11,076 nt of DNA from Octopus sinensis (Eukaryota): NCBI RefSeq assembly GCF_006345805.1, contig NW_021827016.1, forward strand, positions 1 through 11,076, written 5' to 3'. Under the pieces are notes generated by a model. It did not search any database. It was not told the origin of the DNA and worked only from the letters and a program-made list of their open reading frames with translations. Below are positions 1 to 7,377 of this stretch, one piece after another. The position numbers were made by a program, and so were the translations under genes. Position 1 is the stretch's first letter; every line of letters starts with the position of its first letter.

Positions 1-125
1 TCGACCCCGAAAGCATGAAAGGCAAAGTCGACCTCGGCGGAATTTGAACTCAGAACGTAACGGCAGACGAAAAACCGCTAAGCATTTCGCCCGGCGTACT
101 AACGATTTTGCCAGCTCGCCGCCTT
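1..125 (-). mobile_element. tRNA-derived SINE, family 1, 5' part (runs off the window edge)
   Basis: Reverse complement reads AAGGCGGCGAGCTGGCAAAATCGTTAG (A-box-like)...GAGTTCAAATTCC (B-box-like)...GCCTTTCATGCTTTCGGGGTCGA. It aligns without gaps to 1655-1779 at about 114/125 identity by hand count. Confidence 0.9.
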
Positions 126-225
126 CTATAAAACTAGTTTTTAAACATCGAATGGATATGGTGGTCCACCCGAATAAAATAGTAATGAAAGGGATCCATA
201 GATAAAAGATAGTTGAGAACCCGTC
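126..225 (-). mobile_element. Probable end of a hAT/Charlie-like non-autonomous DNA element, cut off by the SINE at 125
   Basis: Minus strand begins GACGGGTTCTCAAC, close to the CAGnGGTTCTCAAn terminus of Charlie/MER-type hAT elements. Only one end is visible and no TSD can be tested. Confidence 0.35.
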
Positions 226-618
226 TTACTCTATTGAACTTGTGTTTATGCGTAGTTTCTCGGTATTGAGTTTATGTTTTTCTTAGACCTTCGTGTATCG
301 TTTATTGCAATCTTGCCTCACTGCTTCATCTATTGAGAGTTCTTATTCGCATCCTTACGCTCCTTATATAGCACACCCTTTCTTCTCATCTGGTCATATA
401 TTGTTTATTTCCTAGATGAACGGCAACTGTCCAGTTGTAGCAGATGTCATGCCTTTGTGCTTCAATGGTTATTGTCGTTCTTGTTGATGTTGTTTAGCCC
501 CAGGCGAACTTTTGTCAAGCAAACCTAAGATCAAAAGTCTGTTGCATATTTCAACTTCGTCATTAAAAAAACTGACTCCAAACAGAAACAGTTCAAATAT
601 ATTTATATACGTAAAACA

Positions 619-700
619 TTTATATATTATATATATATATATATATATATTATATATTATATATATATTATATATTATATATATACATTATATATATATT
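619..700. repeat. Imperfect (TA)n microsatellite
   Basis: TA run with TTA interruptions, read directly. Confidence 0.95.
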
Positions 701-1158
701 GTTTCACATGAAAAGAATTGTACATAGTTAACAGATACTAACTGGAGTTCTCTGTCGAACAATTAAATTTGCTCAGGAATTCTGCATGTGAAGGAATGTA
801 GAACACGGCGGAATAAAAGTATGTGCGCAGCTAAGCCAAAAACAAAATAAAATGGTAATAATAATAAAATTTAGTCAACCAAAATATGTGAGGTTATGTG
901 CAACAAACAAAACGTGTTTGCATACAGGAGAATATCTAAAGTTCAGTCTGAAAAAATATTACTATAGTTTAGTGTGTAATGTCAAAGTAAAATGGAGCAC
1001 AGCGCAACGAGAAATTGCAAGTGGTAAAAAAATATTATGTGAAATATATCGAGAGAGAAAAGAGAATATTGAAGAACCAGAATGCTCCATGATATACAGA
1101 GTTATGAGTATGCAATTGAGAATGACTATATACGAGTGCGTAATTGTGGTCAAGAATG

Positions 1159-1585
1159 GGATCTTTTCAGTTTGAACGGCAGTTTTTTAATATAATTTCC
1201 ACGTAACTAAACACTTTTAAACTTCGTATACTGGTAGAATGTGTTTATAAAACATCTTTTTTCTCTTGGCTTTATTGAGAAAATTCTATGGTCTGTAAGA
1301 TATTTGTTGTTTTTTTCTCAATTTCTGCAATTCATTTTCAACAATCAATGATGTCTATTGAGGTGAAAACATTCTGTGCCGTATGAATAGGCCTCGTTTA
1401 AGAACAGATGGGTTTATTTACATTCGTGAAGAAAAAAAAGATACCCTTCCCTCCACACCTGACCCTACCCTAATCCTAACCCAAACAGATTGAAATGCAA
1501 TAGATCGATACTAGGGTCATAATTATGGGTGACAATTTTATATGACACCGCTAGAAAAAAACTGCCGTTCAAACCGAAAAGATCC
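1159..1585. mobile_element. MITE (427 bp), 30-bp TIRs, 8-bp TSD; Merlin/IS1016-like signature
   Basis: Left TIR 1159-1188 GGATCTTTTCAGTTTGAACGGCAGTTTTTT; right TIR 1556-1585 reverse-complements to GGATCTTTTCGGTTTGAACGGCAGTTTTTT (29/30). CAAGAATG flanks both sides (1151-1158 and 1586-1593). No coding capacity inside. The superfamily is inferred from GG termini plus 8-bp TSD. Confidence 0.9.
1458..1486. repeat. Degenerate telomere-like (CCTAAC)5 tract inside the MITE
   Basis: CCTGAC CCTAC CCTAAT CCTAAC CCAAAC, five decayed units of the TTAGGG complement. Confidence 0.6.
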
Positions 1586-1654
1586 CAAGAATGAATGCAT
1601 AAGAACATTTTTATTATTATATAGGTCTTTGTTTTGTTATTAGTATTCATTAAT

Positions 1655-1887
1655 AAGGCGGCGAGGTGGCAGATTCGTTAGCACGCCGGGCGAAATGCTT
1701 TGCAATATTTCGTCTGGCGTTACGTTCTGAGTTCAAATTGCGCCGAGGTCGACTTTGCCTTTCATCCTTTCGGGGTCGATTAAATAAGTACCTGTTACGC
1801 ACTGAGGTCGATATAATTGACTTACTCCGTTTGTCTGTCCTTGTTTGTCCCCTCTATGTTTTGCCCCTTGTGGGTAGTAAAGAAATA
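1655..1887 (+). mobile_element. tRNA-derived SINE, family 1, full monomer
   Basis: A-box-like TGGCAGATTCGTTAG (1667-1681), B-box-like GAGTTCAAATT (1729-1739), body GCCTTTCATCCTTTCGGGGTCGATTAAATAAGTACC, ends AGTAAAGAAATA. Homologous to 1-125 (-). Confidence 0.9.
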
Positions 1888-2071
1888 GGCATTTCGTCTG
1901 CCGTTACGTTGTGCGTTCAAATTCTGCCGAAGTCGACTTTGCCTTTCAACCTTTCGGGGTCGATTAAATAAGTACCAGTTAGGCATTGGAGTCGATATAA
2001 TCGATTTAATCCGTTTGTCTGTCCTTGTTTGTCCCCTCCGTGTGTAGCACCTTGTGGGCAGTAAAGAAATA
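1888..2071 (+). mobile_element. Second tandem monomer of SINE family 1 (184 bp, lacks the A-box segment)
   Basis: Direct repeat of about 1704-1887 with period 184 (ATTTCGTCTG at 1707 and 1891; both units end GTAAAGAAATA). Confidence 0.9.
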
Positions 2072-2163
2072 TGAATCTTAAACTATCTCAAGAGTTGAGA
2101 GATAAATTCGATCTCTTGACAATCCAAAATTTGTGGCTGCTTCCGTTTTGTTTTTTGCCCGCA

Positions 2164-2427
2164 CACCACCACCACCACCACCACCACCACCACTACCAAC
2201 ATCAACATCATCATCACCATCACAACCACCACCACCACCACTACCAACATCATCACCACCATCACCACCACCACCATCATCATTATCACCACCACCACCA
2301 CCACCACCACCACCACTACCACCACCACCGCCACTACCAACATCAACATCACCATCACTACTACCAGCACCACCACCACCACTACCATCACCACCACGAC
2401 CACTACCAACGTCACCACCACCGCCAC
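2164..2427. repeat. Compound (CAC/CAT/CAA/TAC)n trinucleotide tract
   Basis: Read directly; it is the source of the poly-His, poly-Pro and poly-Val ORFs. Confidence 0.95.
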
Positions 2428-2951
2428 AAACCCTGCCACCTCCAGCAATCTAGAAGTTCCTCAGAAAGGTCATGCTTCATTCACTTCCTCTTTCTTATTA
2501 ACCATTACAACAACAAAAAAAGCAACAGCAAAAAAAAAATGCTAATTACAAACTCTGTGATAGACACACGTTTCTTCGCAACCAGATTGTCTTAAACTCA
2601 ACAGTAAGGTCGCTGGAGTTTCTTAGCGTTTTACTGTCTTATATTTTTTGTTTCTTTTAGTTCTCTTCTAGACATTATAATCATTATGAACAGCTTCCAT
2701 GTGAATTATTAATAGAGTTTTGTCAGTTTTGTCATGTATGTCAGATTTATTATGTACTTACATGCTTTAAGCTAGAGCTGGGTGGTGGTGGGCAGGCGTC
2801 TGGTATTTGTTGTCTTGTGCAGGACGGAATCCGTCAATCGACTGACTTCATCGTGAAGACTTCTCCTCCACTTCTCCACATGTCCACCGCCTTCCTCTAA
2901 CCGGAAAAAGATTTGCAGTTTTCCTTCTGTCCCATGATTATAGCAAAAAAT

Positions 2952-3374
2952 GTTGTGTGGAGGACGAGGTGAGAAGTTCACAAGATAGACAATTTTCTCG
3001 TGGGTCAAGACCTCAACGACTTTTACAAGGGAGTCGCTTTTACCATTGAGAAACCCACTAAGGAGTCACTTAACGTGTTAGAAAGAACTGTCGAAGTCTT
3101 CCTCAAATTACATCTCGGCTTTATACTGCATATCTAGAAGTTCATTGGCTGATGGCGTGTGTGTAAAGCTCGCCGTGTGGGAAAATTCACCGTAAGGGCA
3201 ATGATGAAGCATATTACATCAGTATATTTTTTTTAATAAAAAAAATTGTAAACGGTGCAATCGCCAGTCTATCGCGTGAGTTGAGTGGATCTTCAAGATC
3301 CCACACGCATTCTTAGTAGCTTAGAGTAGGTCTCGAATTAGAGATTATTCTTTGTGGCTAATGGCGTGAGTCCT
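2952..3374 (+). pseudogene. Degenerate Penelope-like element reverse transcriptase/thumb remnant
   Basis: A stop-bounded frame 2973-3134 reads EVHKIDNFLVGQDLNDFYKGVAFTIEKPTKESLNVLERTVEVFLKLHLGFILHI. LN-x7-FTIEK-x5-L-x2-LE matches the PLE LN-x7-FTxEx-x5-LPFLD pattern, and VFLK-LHLGFILH resembles VYRKPTHTGLYLH. The same frame later gives RILSS (3306-3320) and FVANG (3351-3365), like RICS...FxxNGYP. No YVDD motif found; several stops. Confidence 0.6.
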
Positions 3375-3700
3375 GATTGGAAGAAGAAGTCTTTATTCAA
3401 CGTTAAACATTTAAAACCATGTCATGATGTCATTCAAAACGAAATATTTTTATGCGAATTTTTCTACAACAAAACTGTTTATAGCGAAAATTTTCTATAA
3501 CCGATAGATTGAGTTCTAGAGACGAACTGAGTCTAAAAGAAAATAACGAGACAGCTATGGACGGAAAGCACTTAATTATATGCTCACTCTGCCAGAGAAG
3601 ACCCAACCAATACCAGAACACTCAACTTTTGAGCAATTATCAACTCCGAGACCTGTTTGAAACTGGTTTTCATATAGATTATAGCCGGCGGATGTGCAAG

Positions 3701-3734
3701 TATACACAATACATATACATACACACATACATAC

Positions 3735-3773
<39 letters not shown>

Positions 3774-3980
3774 CATACATCCAAACATTCATACATACAT
3801 ACATACATACATACATACATAAATACACACATACACACACACATACATAGATACATATATACATACATACATACATGCATACATGCATACATGCATACAT
3901 ACATGCATACATACATACATACATACATGCATACATGCATACATACATACATACATACATACATACATTCATACATATAT
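3701..3980. repeat. (TACA)n/(CATA)n tetranucleotide microsatellite with CATG variants
   Basis: Read directly. Confidence 0.95.
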
Positions 3981-4221
3981 GGTATTTGCTCCATCTTCAT
4001 AAATGATTCCCGTCCTCTTGTGCTTCTACGTTGCCAACGGCATTTCTGACTTTCCGTCCATGGCATCTCAGATGACTATTCAGTCCCACCACAGATCAGT
4101 ATGATTTGAAAGCGAGGTGACAGACGAAAGTTGTAACTTGCTATGCGCTCCAAATGGTTAGGTCTGCGCATGTCACCCTCTTCCACCGCCGTAGAGAGCT
4201 TTCAGTAGATAGAATGTCAAA

Positions 4222-4464
4222 CGAGGCTATGAGTCATGTCAGGCTCATAAGTTGCCGTTTTCCGGTTTCCATGGCGTATAAATTCCCCGCCTGGACGGGA
4301 TGCTGGTCCATCGCAGGTTTACTCAGTTTTGCCAGCTGAGTGGACTGGAGCAATATGAAATGAAGTGTTTTGCTCAAGAACACAATGTGTCATCCGGTCT
4401 AGAAATCGAAACCACAATCTTACGATCATAAGTCCCATACTCTAACCACTAAGCCACGCGCCTC
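4222..4464 (-). mobile_element. tRNA(Arg)-like SINE, family 2, copy a
   Basis: Minus strand GAGGCGCG-TGGCTTAGTGG (A box, 4446-4456)...GATCGTAAGATTGTGGTTTCGATT (tRNA-Arg-like, decayed B box), CORE-like TGTGTTCTTGAGCAAAACACTT, then GGAAACCGG...CTTATGAG tail shared with copies b and c. Confidence 0.85.
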
Positions 4465-4470
4465 AACTAA

Positions 4471-4705
4471 GTTACATTCTCGAGTCATACCGACTCATAA
4501 GGGCCTGTTTCCCTCTTCATATTCCCCACCTGTACGGGACACCGGTCTTTGCAGGATGACTTATTTTCGCCAGCTGAGTGGACATGAGCAAGTGAAAGGA
4601 AGTGCTCTGTTCAAAAACACAACGTGTCGCCTGTTCCAGGAATCGAAAGCACAATCTTACGATCATGAGTCCAACAACCTAACCACTGACCCACATATAT
4701 CCACA
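4471..4705 (-). mobile_element. tRNA(Arg)-like SINE, family 2, copy b
   Basis: Colinear with copy a (CCAGCTGAGTGGAC and CACAATCTTACGATCAT occur in both on the + strand); tail CCCTTATGAGTCGGTATGACTCGAGAA on the minus strand. Confidence 0.85.
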
Positions 4706-4706
4706 G

Positions 4707-5023
4707 TGTGGAGGCACATGACCTAGTGGTTAGAGCAGCGGACTCGCGGTCGAGGGATCGCGGGTTCGAATCTCAGACCGGGTGATGTGTGTGTTTATGA
4801 GCGAAAATAGCTAAGCTCCATGCGACTCCGGCAGAAGGTAATTGCGAAACTTCTGCTGACTCTTTCGCCACAACTTTGTCTCACTCTTTCCTCCTGCATC
4901 TTGTAGCTCACCCTCGACGGACCGGCGTTCCGTCCAGGTGGCGAACCTATGCGCCAAGAAACCGGAAAACCGGCCCTTATGAGCCAGGCATGGCTCGAGA
5001 AGGAACAAACAAACAAACAAAAA
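4707..5023 (+). mobile_element. tRNA-derived SINE, family 2-related with a different middle region, copy c, (CAAA)n tail
   Basis: A-box-like TGACCTAGTGG (4719-4729), B box GGTTCGAATCT (4763-4773), 3' part CGTCCAGGTGG...GAAACCGG...CCCTTATGAG shared with a and b, terminal AACAAACAAACAAACAAAAA. Confidence 0.9.
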
Positions 5024-5231
5024 TTATCTCCTCAGTCTACTTGATTGGTACCACATGACCAGTAATCACGTGAAACCGCAGATTTTTACATCTGAGTATC
5101 CCTCACCGAAAAGGTTGTTGTAAGAGCTGCTAGGGGTTCCTCACTCCCAGTTGTCTTAGCGCGCACCTCGCACCAACAAACGTTATTTCTGTGTCCCCTG
5201 CACTCGAATGGATTATCATCACATATTCTAG

Positions 5232-5385
5232 TTCCCCCATATCAGGGACCCTAATGGGGCTACTACGCTGAGTCAGAACAGACCTGGAAGCAAAAGTGGC
5301 GAAGAGGTGGTTCCACACTTCTCAAAACCCAGAAACTCTCGAACCAGGACCCCACTAACAGATGTAGTTTAAAGCTTCACCCATG
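5232..5385 (+). repeat. Degenerate unclassified interspersed repeat fragment
   Basis: Resembles a common octopus repeat as I recall it (…GTCAGA…GACCTGG…GCAA…TCCACA…). No second copy or structural hallmark in this window. Confidence 0.25.
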
Positions 5386-5424
5386 ACTACAAACACACCT
5401 ACATACATATACATATAGACACAG

Positions 5425-5661
5425 TCTTATTTGTTTCGTTCATTAGAGTGTGGCCACACTGGAGCATCACCATGTAGGGTTGGTCGAACAAATCGACTCC
5501 AGTAATTATTTTAAGTATGACGCTTATTCTATCAGCTCCTTTTGCTAATCCACTAAAATTATGGGACGTAAACAAACCAAAACCGGTTGTCGAGTAGTGA
5601 GAGAACAAACGTACACACTCTCTCACACACAGGCACAGAGAGATATGGTGAAAGTCGACAC

Positions 5662-5692
<31 letters not shown>
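5425..5692 (-). mobile_element. SINE family 3, 3' half, including its internal (CA)/(TA)15 tract (5663-5692)
   Basis: Reverse complement CGTTTGTT…GACAACCGGTTTTGGTTTGTTTACGTCC aligns to CGTTTGTT…GACAACCGGTGTTGGTGTGTCAACGTCC at 10942-10993. Confidence 0.8.
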
Positions 5693-5696
<4 letters not shown>

Positions 5697-5947
5697 TAAA
5701 AACGGTAAGATATCAAAAGAAAGAAAGAGACCTCAATATTATGTAAATAGAGGAAATTTATCTGTAAATTAATATGTGACAATTATTCAATAGCCAAGAA
5801 AAAACTCTGAGTTTCAGATGCCGAAGGAAATCCACAACACCATCTCTTAACCAAAGAGATGGTGTTGTGGATTTCCACTTCGGCATCTCTGAAACTCAGA
5901 GTTTTATCTTGACTATTGTATAATGGTAACATATTAATTTACATAAA
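5693..5947 (-). mobile_element. Fold-back insertion nested in the SINE's TA tract; probable PLE pLTR fragment with an inverted 5' duplication
   Basis: Arms 5763-5848 and 5854-5943 are inverted (innermost 23 bp perfect; 5 mismatches and two 2-nt indels overall; 5-nt loop AACCA). About 60 unique nt lie on the left. The flanks are the two halves of one SINE. Confidence 0.75.
5848..5910 (+). ncRNA. Degenerate minimal type I hammerhead ribozyme-like motif (predicted inactive); an inverted partial twin lies on the minus strand at about 5795-5848
   Basis: Stem I TAA 5848-5850/TTA 5904-5906; core CCAAAGA 5851-5857 (versus CUGANGA); stem II GATG 5858-5861/CATC 5884-5887; GAAA 5891-5894; palindromic stem III ACTC-A-GAGT 5894-5902; GUU cleavage triplet 5901-5903. 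Confidence 0.45.
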
Positions 5948-6110
5948 TATATAGGAAGAGCTTCTACGCAATGTCCGCCGATCAAATTCTCTCATAAATC
6001 TTTGGTCGGTCCCGGGCTACATTTGTAGACAGTTGCAGAATGTGCTGTGTGGTGGTGCTGGAGCCAAAATCATGTGGTTGGTAAGCAAAGTTCTTATCAC
6101 ACACCAATGT
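5948..6110 (-). mobile_element. SINE family 3, degenerate 5' half (tRNA-like head and CORE-like segment)
   Basis: Reverse complement AACCACATG…GCAACTGTCT…TAGCC…ATTTGATCGGCGGA…AGAAGC…TATA is colinear with AACAACATG…GCAAGTGTCT…TAGCC…ATTTGTTAGGCGGA…AGAAGC…TATA at 10691-10826. Confidence 0.7.
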
Positions 6111-6120
6111 CTGCAGTCAT

Positions 6121-6200
6121 ATGTGTGTGTATAAATATATATATATATATATAGATTGATAGATAGATAGGTAGATAGATAGATAGATATACATATATAC
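6121..6200. repeat. Compound (TG)/(TA)/(TAGA) microsatellite
   Basis: Read directly. Confidence 0.9.
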
Positions 6201-6473
6201 GCAGACATTCAGTTTTTGTTTATTATCAGCTGAAGATTATGTCTCATTATGACTTGGAGTTCCGCCAATTTTATGGCTGGTCTGGTATTGCGGAGAGGAT
6301 TTTGTTACTGTTTATTTATACGGTTAATCACTCTAATTTATTTCTCTGGTATTGTAATCACCATTAGAATTTTTGGACAAAAATTGAGAAATTTTTCCCA
6401 ACCACAATTAACTTAGTCTGCGCTCTTTAATAGTAGGAAAAATTCACTAATTTCCTATCAGCTAGTGTTAATT

Positions 6474-6474
<1 letters not shown>

Positions 6475-6518
<44 letters not shown>

Positions 6519-6545
6519 TAATAATAATAATGAATAATAATAATA
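6475..6545. repeat. (AAT)n microsatellite
   Basis: Read directly. Confidence 0.95.
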
Positions 6546-6777
6546 GATTATTCTAACACCAAACAGCGATGAAAGTTGTAGCTGCTACTTAGCAAATCTT
6601 AGTCCGGTTAACGGTAAATGTCATGAAAAAAATGTTATTTACATTGCTGCAGTGGATTCTAACATTAATCCGAATGGTGCCGGTTACATCGAGTTAACAG
6701 CAAGTCCATTTAAATTTAGACATTATCACCATACATATACATGGGAAATGTGCAGAAAATTTATATTAACGCTCTCA

Positions 6778-6934
6778 TCACAAACACAGGGAAGAATATC
6801 GATGTTGCACATTCCTCTGCTTCTACTTCTCTCTCTTCTCTTCCCACGTGACCGATCGGCCAGACTGCTCGCTCTTTCTTTTCTGGGTCTGACTGAGGTC
6901 CGTGCAACATCGGTATTCTTCCCTGTGTTTGTGA
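6778..6934. repeat. Inverted repeat, 33-bp arms (32/33), 91-nt spacer
   Basis: 6778-6810 TCACAAACACAGGGAAGAATATCGATGTTGCAC against 6902-6934; the single mismatch is T6799:G6913. No TSD seen. Confidence 0.95.
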
Positions 6935-7339
6935 AACTTTTGTATCTCTGCCGTAAGGCTTCATTTCCACACGCGCCAGCTTAATTCAATTCGTCCTTAG
7001 TCAAAAGACACCTGTTGTTATGTCCTGTTTTTATTTTTATTGTATTTATATTTGTGTAACATTGTCTGATTTTTTCGTCCTTATTTTTGTATACATTCGA
7101 TGCGTTCTTCCAAGGAATCTAATGCTCTTAGCTTATTTTTTCTTGGGGCTGGCTAGATTGGAGCAATCTCAAGAATAATCAACCGAAATTGCGAGGATAA
7201 TCCAGTTCTTGACTGAAGATAGAAAACTTCGAATGACACGTCCTTGTTTTCTTTGTATCATCTTTCTGGATGTTTTGTTGTCCTTTATTGTATCACCCAG
7301 TTGTCCGGATGTTTTGCGTTCTTGTCACATTTGTATTTT

Positions 7340-7340
<1 letters not shown>
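6811..7340 (+). mobile_element. T-rich non-autonomous repeat A ending in (TA)n; possibly PLE pLTR-derived
   Basis: Shares motifs in the same order with 7690-8232: TGACCG, GACTGCT, CAACATCGGT (10/10), TGTCCTGTTTTTATT (15/15), CTGA(A/T)GA, TCCTTG, then a TA-rich tail. Boundaries are approximate; the PLE origin is inference. Confidence 0.5.

Positions 7341-7341
<1 letters not shown>

Positions 7342-7377
<36 letters not shown>

Noticed and set aside
852-1175. 107-aa ORF
   Set aside because: No recognisable motif, non-ATG start, and it ends inside the MITE TIR.
1655-2071. CRISPR-like or other prokaryotic repeat-spacer array
   Set aside because: The repeats are whole 184-bp SINE units with no unique spacers, and the context is eukaryotic.
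2071-2595. Poly-His, poly-Pro and poly-Val ORFs (2071-2595, 2083-2448, 2133-2453)
   Set aside because: They are translations of the CAC/CAT microsatellite, open in several frames on both strands; the first ATG lies at the SINE end.
4116-4177. Hairpin GGTGAC…ATGCGC/GCGCAT-GTCACC
   Set aside because: Two 6-bp stems with a 21-nt bulge; within chance expectation and no family resemblance.
4711-4781. tRNA-like sequence with A and B boxes
   Set aside because: The acceptor stem does not pair and the sequence continues into a SINE body and (CAAA)n tail; it is a SINE head, not a tRNA gene.
5044-5073. ATTGG (reverse CCAAT) plus E-boxes CACATG and TCACGTGA as a promoter
   Set aside because: Short motifs that are common by chance, with no adjacent gene or transcription evidence.
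6230-6260. CTGAAGA heptamer as a hammerhead core (also 7213 and 8010 as functional ribozymes)
   Set aside because: No properly placed GAAA, stem III and stem I could be built by hand for these sites.
6778-6934. Reading the 33-bp inverted repeat as a MITE
   Set aside because: No TSD, and the right arm is internal to a longer repeat homologous to 7690-8232.
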